Source of the DNA: a virus
Lineage: Duplodnaviria; Caudoviricetes
Reading direction: 5' to 3' (one strand)
Virus record (IMG/VR): IMGVR_UViG_3300009678_000085
Coordinates: 1-43,345 of that record
DNA length: 43,345 nucleotides
How positions within the stretch are numbered: the stretch's first letter is position 1; every line of letters starts with the position of its first letter. Below the pieces are notes generated by a model. That model saw only the letters and a list, made by a program, of their open reading frames with translations, was not told the origin of the DNA and did not search any database. The position numbers and the translations under genes were made by a program. Positions 1 to 7,032 of this stretch are shown piece after piece.

Positions 1-14
1 AGCCCGGCCTAGGG
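1..14. repeat. Terminal direct repeat, left copy (AGCCCGGCCTAGGG)
   Basis: Identical to 43332..43345. Confidence 0.9.
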
Positions 15-22
15 GTGGGACA

Positions 23-51
23 TTGACTAATTTTATACTTGACGATAGCTT
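23..51 (+). promoter_or_regulatory. Putative sigma70-type promoter TTGACT-N17-TAGCTT
   Basis: -35 at 23..28, -10 at 46..51. The -10 is overlapped by the inverted repeat CGATAGCTT-N6-AAGCTATCG (43..66). Confidence 0.5.
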
Positions 52-163
52 GCTCGAAAGCTATCGCGAAAGCTTTCCCGCAAGGTACTTATGCTTGACA
101 GGTTACACCGAGTAACAGAGGAGAGCCGCGCCGCATATTTTGCAGTTGACGAGAGAGAGAGGC

Positions 164-177
164 GGGCAACCTTGCCC
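164..177. promoter_or_regulatory. Palindromic site 1 GGGCAACCTTGCCC
   Basis: Exact GGGCAA-NN-TTGCCC in the left non-coding end. Confidence 0.85.
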
Positions 178-220
178 ACTACAGGTAGCGCGCACAGGCA
201 TGCTCGACCACTACAGGTAG
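176..220 (+). repeat. 13-bp direct repeat CCACTACAGGTAG x2
   Basis: Copies at 176..188 and 208..220. Confidence 0.7.
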
Positions 221-479
221 TGTGTGAGAAAAAAGCGCTCTCCCAGCAAATAATGCTTGCACAGTACCGTGGTTCTGATAGAATGCCTATTGTGAGTTGA
301 AGTTGATTGAAGGAAATAGCGCGCGTGTCGCGCACAGGGATTGAAGCCCACGTAAAGACAACGCTACAGGCGTCTGGGCCAGTCTCGCTTGAAAACTGAA
401 TAGGTTCGAATCGGACGCATCTACGGTTGCGTCCGGAGTCAAGCTCGATAGTGGTTTGCGTGTCGCGGCCCCTACGTAC

Positions 480-493
480 GGGCAACCTTGCCC
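480..493. promoter_or_regulatory. Palindromic site 2 GGGCAACCTTGCCC
   Basis: Ends 22 nt upstream of the ParB-like gene ATG at 516. Confidence 0.85.
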
Positions 494-515
494 GTCAACC
501 TCAGAGGTTACGACA

Positions 516-1574
516 ATGGCAGACACAAATACAGCAAAAGGCACCATGATTGATCCGGCGTTCTCGAAGACGACCGACTTGGAAGGCGAGGCGGGCGGAA
601 TCGCGCGGGTCAAGGCGGCATATGAGGCAATCGAGCCCCTGTGTCACCCCATGACCTTGATCGTGCCGCGCGCGTCCTACATCGAACTGGACGCGATCGT
701 GGAGGGCATCAAGCTCCACGGGTACGACCCGTCGGAAGCGATCTTGGTGGACGGCCCTCAGATTCTGGATGGCCGGACCCGCTCCGTGGCGATGTACCTC
801 ATCCACGGAGACAAGTGGTGGACGTTGATTCCGCACCGTCAGGCTACCCGCGAAGAGCGGGCGGATGTCCTGACGGTGGTCCTGCGAAAGAACTTCGCTC
901 GCAGGAACCTTGATCCGGACGCGCGAGCACTGGTCGCGGCACGGATGCTGGTAGGCGAGATTCCGTGCGAAATTCCGGGCGATGCGCCGGAAGGCGGAAG
1001 GCTCCGCGAGAAGATCGCGAACCTCTGCTCTGTGAAGGAGCGATCGGTGGAGTCAGCGAAGAAAGGCCTGCAGCTCCTGCGATATCAGGAGGTCAACCGG
1101 CCGAAAGATCCGGCGTTGGCGAAGGAGGTCGACGACCTCCGGTACGCGGTGCTTCACTCGGAGGTTGCTCCGAATGCTCTGAAGATCCGGGCGGATTCGC
1201 TGAAGACGGGCAAGGTTCACCAGCCCGCTAGGCGTGTCCAGTCGAACACCGAGACGACAGTCGACGGTGCGAAGGCGAACCCGTACGCCGACATTCCGGG
1301 CATGACGCCGGAAGTCGCAGCGGACCGGATGCAAAAGATCAGTCAGGCAATGCGGAAGGCGCTCGAAGGCGTGGAGCCTGACAAGCGCAAAGGATTCCTG
1401 ACCTTGATCGCGAAATTCGCGATTCAGGACGCGATTCGGAACGCGGATCTTCTGGACGCGACTGCGAAGGCGACAAAGCTGGACGCGGATGCCGCGAAGG
1501 CGAAGGCAGCGGTTGAAGCGGCCGCGAAGGCAGCAGCAGCGCCTGCGAAGTCTCGGAAGGCGAAGGCAGCATAA
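516..1574 (+). CDS. ParB/Srx-like N-terminal domain + HTH protein with Ala/Lys-rich tail (ParB-like 1)
   Basis: IKLHGY..ILDGRTR..KNFARRNL motif set; HTH-like LREKIANLCSVKERSVESAKK; C-terminal AKAKAA..KSRKAKAA. Start placed at ATG 516 after GAGGT. Confidence 0.8.
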   Translation: MADTNTAKGTMIDPAFSKTTDLEGEAGGIARVKAAYEAIEPLCHPMTLIVPRASYIELDAIVEGIKLHGYDPSEAILVDGPQILDGRTRSVAMYLIHGDKWWTLIPHRQATREERADVLTVVLRKNFARRNLDPDARALVAARMLVGEIPCEIPGDAPEGGRLREKIANLCSVKERSVESAKKGLQLLRYQEVNRPKDPALAKEVDDLRYAVLHSEVAPNALKIRADSLKTGKVHQPARRVQSNTETTVDGAKANPYADIPGMTPEVAADRMQKISQAMRKALEGVEPDKRKGFLTLIAKFAIQDAIRNADLLDATAKATKLDADAAKAKAAVEAAAKAAAAPAKSRKAKAA

Positions 1575-1639
1575 AGCGATCTAGACCCGGCCACGACACG
1601 GCTAACCACTATCAAGCTTGACTCCCTGCTAACCCCGAC

Positions 1640-1653
1640 GGGCAACATTGCCC
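1640..1653. promoter_or_regulatory. Palindromic site 3 GGGCAACATTGCCC
   Basis: Extends to GACGGGCAA-CA-TTGCCCGTC; just upstream of GGAGG RBS. Confidence 0.85.
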
Positions 1654-1675
1654 GTCCCTAACCGGAGGATGAGAA

Positions 1676-1843
1676 ATGCGGGTTTGTAAATTCCACCCGA
1701 AGGCGACTCCTGCACCATGGTTTGGATCATGCCACGTCAGGATCGGACGCCGGTTCTACACGGCGATTCGACTAGTCGGCCCTTGGCACCTAGTGCGGCC
1801 CTTGCGCTACTCCCTGCAGGACGTGCGCTTCCGCGACGAGTAG
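1676..1843 (+). CDS. Small hypothetical protein (55 aa, MRVCKFHPK...)
   Basis: GGAGG 7 nt upstream; fills the gap; below the ORF-track cutoff. Confidence 0.55.
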   Translation: MRVCKFHPKATPAPWFGSCHVRIGRRFYTAIRLVGPWHLVRPLRYSLQDVRFRDE

Positions 1844-1849
1844 ACAACC

Positions 1850-1881
1850 CCGAAGGCCTGGAGGAGACTCCGGGCCTTCGG
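1850..1881 (+). terminator. 14-bp stem with GAGA tetraloop (terminator or processing hairpin)
   Basis: CCGAAGGCCTGGAG-GAGA-CTCCGGGCCTTCGG; weak U-tail. Confidence 0.5.
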
Positions 1882-1910
1882 TGCGTTCTATTTCGAGCGC
1901 GCGACCTCGC

Positions 1911-1924
1911 GGGCAAACTTGCCC
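1911..1924. promoter_or_regulatory. Palindromic site 4 GGGCAAACTTGCCC
   Basis: Directly before RBS GGAAGGAGG of the gene at 1942. Confidence 0.85.
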
Positions 1925-1941
1925 GTGGAAGGAGGAGAGAG

Positions 1942-2142
1942 ATGGACAGGGGCGGCCCGCTCCATGAGAGAGTGGGCGAACTAGAGGATGAGAGAGTGCT
2001 CCTGCTGGAGCGCATCAACGAGCTGGAGGGCTTCTGCCGCAAGCTCTACTCCTATCTGGAGGGGAGAGATGCGAGCTGGGTCGTTCATAACCACCTTGGT
2101 CAGGACAACCCCTTCGGCGACGAAGAGATGGAGATGATCTAG
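1942..2142 (+). CDS. Hypothetical coiled-coil protein
   Basis: Strong RBS; C-terminal part of ORF 1717..2142. Confidence 0.65.
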   Translation: MDRGGPLHERVGELEDERVLLLERINELEGFCRKLYSYLEGRDASWVVHNHLGQDNPFGDEEMEMI

Positions 2143-2161
2143 GTTGGAAGCCTATTCCTTC

Positions 2162-2305
2162 ATGCTCAACCTGCTACCCGTGTTCCACCTTGCTCGGAAT
2201 AGAGGGCTCCTGAAGGAGCTACTCGCCGAGCAAGGTGTGACCGGGTACAAAGAGGGACTCCTGAAGAGAAACAACTTCAGGTACACCCCAGAGGATTTAG
2301 ACTGA
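2162..2305 (+). CDS. Small hypothetical protein (47 aa)
   Basis: Open frame MLNLLPVFHL...; TGATG overlap with the next gene. Confidence 0.45.
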   Translation: MLNLLPVFHLARNRGLLKELLAEQGVTGYKEGLLKRNNFRYTPEDLD

Positions 2306-2505
2306 TGGCCAGTGGTCTAGTGATAGATGAGAAGCTCTTGGTCCGGTGTCTGAACCGAGCAAGGCGCGCAAAGGTGCTGCTCGAGACTGAGGGCTCACTG
2401 AGTAAGTGCCTGCTCGCGGTGGACAAGGCGGAAAGTCACGTCGTAGAGATCGTGAGAGAGCTGGAGACGGCACTAGGAATCCACCGCACCCCAAAGGACT
2501 GCTGA
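2305..2505 (+). CDS. Hypothetical protein
   Basis: GAGG upstream; operon packing. Confidence 0.6.
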   Translation: MASGLVIDEKLLVRCLNRARRAKVLLETEGSLSKCLLAVDKAESHVVEIVRELETALGIHRTPKDC

Positions 2506-2507
2506 GG

Positions 2508-2693
2508 ATGAGACAGCTATCCTTCGAAGAGTGGCTAGGCCAGGTCAACCGCGCACTGGGCGAGCTGACGAGCGGCATGGTCACGAGCATTGACGAACTG
2601 ATCGGTGACTTGCCCTACTACAACTTCTGGTGCAAGCACGCCAACCCCACAACGGTAGCGCGGAAGGCACTGAAGGAGGCACGGAGCATCTAG
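2508..2693 (+). CDS. Hypothetical phage protein (MRQLSFEEWLGQV...)
   Basis: ATG at 2508 right after the previous stop. Confidence 0.65.
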   Translation: MRQLSFEEWLGQVNRALGELTSGMVTSIDELIGDLPYYNFWCKHANPTTVARKALKEARSI

Positions 2694-2706
2694 CAACAAG
2701 GGGCGC

Positions 2707-2720
2707 GGGCAAGTTAGCCC
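2707..2720. promoter_or_regulatory. Palindromic site 5 (1 mismatch) GGGCAAGTTAGCCC
   Basis: Core of hairpin GGGGCGCGGGC..GCCCGCGCCCC (2700..2727), upstream of GGAGG. Confidence 0.75.
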
Positions 2721-2742
2721 GCGCCCCCTAACCATTCGGAGG

Positions 2743-2988
2743 ATGAGCATGGACAGGCTGCTGTCCTACCTGGGGGATGTCGGATTCGGCATCCTCCTCT
2801 TTCTTGCGCTCAGTGCAATAGGGATGGTGATGCTACTGGGCGTATACCTGCTGACCTTTGTCAGCACCGCGCGTGTTTCCGCCCCACATGACGAGGCACA
2901 AGAGAACCGCGCTTTACTTCAGACTGAGAGGAGAGAGAGTGGCCCCGAAGGAGAGAGAGCCGAGAGAGAGAGTCACCGACTTCATTAA
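2743..2988 (+). CDS. Putative membrane protein
   Basis: Hydrophobic segment GFGILLFLALSAIGMVMLLGVYLLTFV; GGAGG RBS. Confidence 0.55.
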   Translation: MSMDRLLSYLGDVGFGILLFLALSAIGMVMLLGVYLLTFVSTARVSAPHDEAQENRALLQTERRESGPEGERAERESHRLH

Positions 2989-3136
2989 CAAGGTGCCCGA
3001 GCTGGAAAAGATCCTCGATCGCCTGGCCGAACTCGAAGAAGAGTTCATGGAGTTTGATCGCAAGCTGAAGCAGTATATGAGGGATCTCGACATTACGTTC
3101 GACCGGCTCAAAAGAGAGAAGGAAGAGGACTGGTGA
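2888..3136 (+). CDS. Hypothetical coiled-coil protein
   Basis: Charged helical C-terminus; overlaps the next start; start uncertain. Confidence 0.55.
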   Translation: MTRHKRTALYFRLRGERVAPKEREPRERVTDFINKVPELEKILDRLAELEEEFMEFDRKLKQYMRDLDITFDRLKREKEEDW

Positions 3137-3342
3137 TGCCCTCTTTCGAGAACACCGACCCGAAGGTACGTGAGCTTGCGCGTCTGCTTGGTGAGGATTG
3201 CGAGCCGGGCAACTACTTCATCATGCTTGCCCTGAGAAGCACCGACGGTGGATCGCTAGTCTTCGTCCCCGACGCCTCGCCCAGAGAAGCTGTCCGTGTG
3301 CTACGTACGATGGCGGATAGCATCGAAGAGAGAGAGAACTAG
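3136..3342 (+). CDS. Hypothetical protein
   Basis: TGATG coupling. Confidence 0.65.
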   Translation: MPSFENTDPKVRELARLLGEDCEPGNYFIMLALRSTDGGSLVFVPDASPREAVRVLRTMADSIEEREN

Positions 3343-3364
3343 GCTGAAAGGAGGTGAGGAATAG

Positions 3365-3556
3365 ATGTCGCTAATCACCATCATCATCTACTTGATGCTG
3401 ATTGGCCTCCTGCTGTGGATCATCACCACATTCGTGCCGATGGAGCCTGTTATCCGCAATGTGATGATCGCAGTCGTGCTGGTAGTGATCGTTCTCTGGC
3501 TGCTGCAGATGGTAGGGGGGCCACTGGCCAATGTCCGCATCGGCAGTAGTCCATAA
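3365..3556 (+). CDS. Two-TM small membrane protein, Thivi_2564-family-like
   Basis: MSLITIII..IGLLLWII..VPM..VVIVLWLLQ..RIG pattern; strong RBS AAGGAGGTGA. Confidence 0.75.
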   Translation: MSLITIIIYLMLIGLLLWIITTFVPMEPVIRNVMIAVVLVVIVLWLLQMVGGPLANVRIGSSP

Positions 3557-3708
3557 CCTACTGTTCGTTCCTCTCTCAGCAATTAGAGATGACTTCACCC
3601 CCGAGATGGCGCTAGCACTAGACGCTCTTGCCTTGGAGCTAGCCATCGGGGGGTGTATAGGGGGTGGGCTATTTGGAACTAAACTTCTGACGTGGAAAGG
3701 AGAGAGAG

Positions 3709-3882
3709 ATGCCGAGGATTCCCACAACTCCGGGTAGCAACTACCCAGGCCGACAGTACCCTGGGCCACCGCCGACTGCTGTCGGTACTCGACCGAAGAC
3801 AGGGGCAAAGCGCCCTGCTCCTAAGGTGACAGGTGGCAAGCCGATGCGACCGAAGCCACCCTTTGCTGGCAGGGGGCGTTAG
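3709..3882 (+). CDS. Small basic Pro/Gly-rich protein (57 aa)
   Basis: AAGGAG RBS; MPRIPTTPG...FAGRGR. Confidence 0.65.
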   Translation: MPRIPTTPGSNYPGRQYPGPPPTAVGTRPKTGAKRPAPKVTGGKPMRPKPPFAGRGR

Positions 3883-4050
3883 ATGCCAAAGGGCAATCCA
3901 TTCAGCAAGGCAGCGAAGCGGGTATCGAGCGGGATCAAAGAAGGGCTCAAGCCCAATGTCTTCCAGGCTGCAGCAAAGAAGGCTGCGAGTGGAATGAAGG
4001 AAGGGTTCTCTAAGCCCAGCAGGACCAAGCTCGCCAAGAGGAAGTATTAG
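3883..4050 (+). CDS. Small Lys/Ala-rich protein (55 aa)
   Basis: Abuts the previous stop (TAG-ATG); MPKGNPFSKAAKR...KLAKRKY. Confidence 0.65.
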   Translation: MPKGNPFSKAAKRVSSGIKEGLKPNVFQAAAKKAASGMKEGFSKPSRTKLAKRKY

Positions 4051-4224
4051 ATGCCACGGGCACCAAAGGCAGGAGGTGGGGGGTACATCATCAAGAGTGC
4101 GCCTGTCCGAGGCGCTGGTGGTGGTGGGATCAAGAAGGTCCGGCGTCCGGGTGACCCTGGGATGCCGCCTCCAATGGGGAGAGGCAGGCCACGGCCTCCT
4201 ACTCCTGTAGGGAGGGGACGCTAG
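4051..4224 (+). CDS. Small Arg/Gly/Pro-rich protein (57 aa)
   Basis: TAG-ATG abutment; MPRAPKAGGGG...GRGRPRPPTPVGRGR. Confidence 0.6.
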   Translation: MPRAPKAGGGGYIIKSAPVRGAGGGGIKKVRRPGDPGMPPPMGRGRPRPPTPVGRGR

Positions 4225-4238
4225 GCAAACTCTAGGGG

Positions 4239-4371
4239 GCCGAACAGGCAGCGGTCGCTCGCTGCAGTGCGACGTTTACTTGTAGCTCTCGGTGACTCAT
4301 CCCACCGGGAGCTACTCGTATCCAGCGCGGGAGTAGTTCGGCATGGTCGGAGAAGGTGGGTACGCCGACCA
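4239..4371 (+). ncRNA. Candidate structured non-coding RNA
   Basis: Several nested complementary segments, one with a G-U pair (see findings). Confidence 0.3.
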
Positions 4372-4390
4372 CACTTCAACATGGATGAGC

Positions 4391-4404
4391 GGGCAAGTTT
4401 GCCC
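4391..4404. promoter_or_regulatory. Palindromic site 6 GGGCAAGTTTGCCC
   Basis: Immediately followed by AGGAGG RBS and ATG 4415. Confidence 0.85.
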
Positions 4405-4414
4405 AGGAGGTACG

Positions 4415-4909
4415 ATGTACATGGTGATTACTTCCAGCGGGATGGCTAGCTGGAAGGAGACAAAGGAAGAAGCAGAGGCCATGTACCAGAAGTGTGTGGC
4501 CTGGAGCATCGAGACGATCAGCAAGTGCAAGAATCCGAAACACACGCCAGAGAGTCACGGTGCTGTGATCGTGATGCTGGAGATCAGCAAGGGAACCATC
4601 ATCGACGGCCTGGAGGTCCACAACGCCAAGCCCTCGGAGATGGAGCGAGAGTGGCAAAAATATGTCGAGGCCAAGCCCGACCCCGACAGGGTGAATCGGG
4701 AGAGGATGAGGGCCTGCGACAATGCCAACCTGTTCACGGGCCAGCCGAGCGAGGATGTCGAGATCGAGACGAGAGTCCTCGATCTGGATGACGACACGGA
4801 CCCGGCTGTGAAGCTGCTCAAGATGCTGCTCTCAGAGAGCACCCACATCGGAGATGGCGTGTTCGTCATGCCCGTGCCCCGCAAGAGGAACACCGAAGAC
4901 ATGAACTGA
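4415..4909 (+). CDS. Hypothetical protein
   Basis: AGGAGG RBS; in frame with ORF 4343..4909. Confidence 0.75.
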   Translation: MYMVITSSGMASWKETKEEAEAMYQKCVAWSIETISKCKNPKHTPESHGAVIVMLEISKGTIIDGLEVHNAKPSEMEREWQKYVEAKPDPDRVNRERMRACDNANLFTGQPSEDVEIETRVLDLDDDTDPAVKLLKMLLSESTHIGDGVFVMPVPRKRNTEDMN

Positions 4910-4934
4910 CCCGTGATACATAGGGTATCACGGG
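4910..4934 (+). terminator. 10-bp perfect hairpin
   Basis: CCCGTGATAC-ATAGG-GTATCACGGG right after the stop codon. Confidence 0.45.
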
Positions 4935-4937
4935 CAG

Positions 4938-5009
4938 ACTAAGGCTCGTGGTCTACTGGATCGTGAGCGCCCCTTGCATCTGGTAGCACCACGGGCCTTA
5001 GTTCTTTTT
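4938..5009 (+). terminator. Long (~24 bp) G-U containing hairpin with U-tail
   Basis: ACTAAGGCTCGTGGT-CTACTGGAT...ATCTGGTAG-C-ACCACGGGCCTTAGT followed by TCTTTTT. Confidence 0.55.
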
Positions 5010-5027
5010 AGAGATTAGGAGAGAAGG

Positions 5028-5291
5028 ATGAGAGCGAAAGAGAAGAAGTATGTGAGTGAGCTGCCCTGCCACCCCATGTGTCAGCGCAGCGACCCGAGGC
5101 GGGAGATCCTGTGTCGCTGTCCCTGTGGTGGGCAGAGGCACGGAGAGAAGTGGATGGAGGACCACCAGGGAAAGGAGGCGAGAGACGTACTGTCCTACTA
5201 CTCCGACCAGCTCAAGCGGTGGGAGCAGTGGAACAACAGGAGCAAGATCCAGACGCGCAGGATGTTCAGCGTTCTTCGGGCTGTGAACTAG
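5028..5291 (+). CDS. Cys/His-rich putative Zn-binding protein
   Basis: CHPMC...CRCPCGGQRHG; AGGAG RBS. Confidence 0.7.
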   Translation: MRAKEKKYVSELPCHPMCQRSDPRREILCRCPCGGQRHGEKWMEDHQGKEARDVLSYYSDQLKRWEQWNNRSKIQTRRMFSVLRAVN

Positions 5292-5301
5292 GGGAGGAAC
5301 A

Positions 5302-5526
5302 ATGTCGGCGGCAGAGATCCTACCGGAACCTTGGGTGGGTGTGTGCAAGGTATGCGCGAAGACGAGGTACGGAGAGAAGGCAGTAGCAGGCTTCATCTTC
5401 TTCCGCCTCATCAACATGGAGTGCGTCTACTGCGGAGCTGATGGGCAGACCCTGGACAGGGGTGTGCTTCAGGTTCTGGACGAGACGGACAAACCCAAGA
5501 CCAAGAAGTCCACCAAGAAGAAGTGA
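5302..5526 (+). CDS. Small zinc-ribbon protein
   Basis: CKVC...CVYC; GGAGG RBS. Confidence 0.7.
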   Translation: MSAAEILPEPWVGVCKVCAKTRYGEKAVAGFIFFRLINMECVYCGADGQTLDRGVLQVLDETDKPKTKKSTKKK

Positions 5527-5540
5527 CAACCAGGGTAGCC

Positions 5541-5554
5541 GGGCAAGTTTGCCC
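5541..5554. promoter_or_regulatory. Palindromic site 7 GGGCAAGTTTGCCC
   Basis: Centre of inverted repeat GGTAGCCGGGCAA-GT-TTGCCCGGCTACC (5534..5561); intergenic. Confidence 0.85.
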
Positions 5555-5604
5555 GGCTACCACCTTAGACTAAGGAGGCGAATGAACGCATAGGAGGAAG
5601 GGGA

Positions 5605-5967
5605 ATGGTGCAAGGACAACACGATCGACTACAGCTGCGGATGGCAGAGAGTTACGCACGGCTACTGGACTGCTGGCTAGAAGGTGGATCTGATGCAGTG
5701 CTGCAGATCTTCCAGTGGACGAAGGAGAAGGTGATGTCTTCTCCTGTCGAGGACCACGGTCTGTACTGCCACACCATCGGCATCGCTATCGCGACCGATC
5801 ACATCAGTCGCTTCATAAAGGAGGCGGGTGAATACTCCTTCGTCGAGGGACACGAAGGGCTACATGAGGTTTGTGCTGGAATCACCAAGGCACTGGAGGG
5901 GTTGCCTCCTTACCTGCAAGAGACTGCACATGATCTGATGAAGGTGGTGGATGATGCCGAAGGGTAA
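5605..5967 (+). CDS. Hypothetical protein
   Basis: AGGAGG upstream; 120 aa ORF. Confidence 0.7.
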   Translation: MVQGQHDRLQLRMAESYARLLDCWLEGGSDAVLQIFQWTKEKVMSSPVEDHGLYCHTIGIAIATDHISRFIKEAGEYSFVEGHEGLHEVCAGITKALEGLPPYLQETAHDLMKVVDDAEG

Positions 5968-6120
5968 GAGCCGTAAGAAGTACGAACTTTACAGGATGAG
6001 AATTGGTAAACCTGCTGGTCCTGGCGTTAAGAATCGTAAGACATCCACAGGTAGGAGGTACGCCTCCTCACAAGTAAGGGGTGACGGTGGCCTATGGGTC
6101 GACGCACCTAGAGGGAGCAG

Positions 6121-7017
6121 ATGAAGGCAGCAGCAGTACATCATGCTCTGCAATCAGCAGGGTACTTCCCCCGCCGAGAGGAGACGCTAGCTATCTCGGG
6201 GGTGCTGGCTGCGCCTAAGAACACAGGCGCGAGAGCCATGCTCATCGAGGGACCGCCGGGATGCGGTAAGACCTACCTCGCTGAGTGCTGGGCTAAGGCA
6301 ACAGGAGCTACGTACATCTATGGACTACTCCATGCGTGGTCCGGGGAGGACGATCTATTCCAAGGAATTGACGTTGCGTCAGCGGTGGCTGGAGACGCAA
6401 GTGCAGTACGACAGCCGGGGCTTCTGCATCTTGCCGCGATGGCGGCACAAGATGGCCAGGCGATCGTATGCCTGGATGAGATCGACAAGACTGCAGAGAG
6501 GGCAGAGAACCTTCTACTCGACTGGCTCCAGACGGGTCGGGTTCCAATTGCACCCGGAGTCCACATCACGACCCGCCTCGAACGGATCATCGTCTTCGTC
6601 ACGTCGAACGGCGTACGTCCGCTAGGCGAGCCTCTCCTACGTAGGCTCCGCCGTGTGGTGATGGAGCCGCATGACGTAGAGACGGTTGCCAATCTGGTAC
6701 GTGCAGCCACCGACGTACCTCTCGGTGTGTGCAGGCAGGTAGTCAGTGTCTGCACGGCAGCAGCCAAAGCTTTCGAGGGCAACCAGGCTCTCTCTCCACA
6801 GGAGATGGCGAGGGCAGCAGCCGAGATCTACCACAACGCAGAGTCAATCGAAGACGTGCGTACCATGATCGCACGATGGGCACTGAGAGCGAAGGAGATC
6901 TCTCAGGGGTACAGCAAGAACAAGCCAGAAAGTTCAGACAAGAACGTCTGGACCGAAGTCTGTAGGCACAGGCAGCAGGAAGCACGGGCAAGTTTGCCCG
7001 CTTCCGAAGTAGCCTAG
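6121..7017 (+). CDS. MoxR-like AAA+ ATPase
   Basis: Walker A GPPGCGKT, Walker B VCLDEIDK, sensor VTSN, Arg finger LLRRL. Confidence 0.85.
   Translation: MKAAAVHHALQSAGYFPRREETLAISGVLAAPKNTGARAMLIEGPPGCGKTYLAECWAKATGATYIYGLLHAWSGEDDLFQGIDVASAVAGDASAVRQPGLLHLAAMAAQDGQAIVCLDEIDKTAERAENLLLDWLQTGRVPIAPGVHITTRLERIIVFVTSNGVRPLGEPLLRRLRRVVMEPHDVETVANLVRAATDVPLGVCRQVVSVCTAAAKAFEGNQALSPQEMARAAAEIYHNAESIEDVRTMIARWALRAKEISQGYSKNKPESSDKNVWTEVCRHRQQEARASLPASEVA
6986..6999. promoter_or_regulatory. Palindromic site 8 GGGCAAGTTTGCCC
   Basis: In the 3' end of the AAA gene (RASLP), upstream of the vWA RBS. Confidence 0.85.
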
Positions 7018-7032
7018 GAAGGAGGTGAGGAG

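Noticed and set aside
3803-3815. GGGCAAAGCGCCC as another palindromic site
   Set aside because: 13 bp with a broken right half; half-sites near 14907, 24117 and 38134 were likewise not counted.
4235-4372. tmRNA (GGGGGCCGAACAGG start)
   Set aside because: Too short, and it lacks the TTCGAC 5' motif and the tRNA-like 3' end.
6121-7017. AAA protein as the ParA partner
   Set aside because: It has a classical AAA+ Walker A (GPPGCGKT) with sensor and Arg finger and a vWA neighbour, not the deviant KGGxGKT of ParA.
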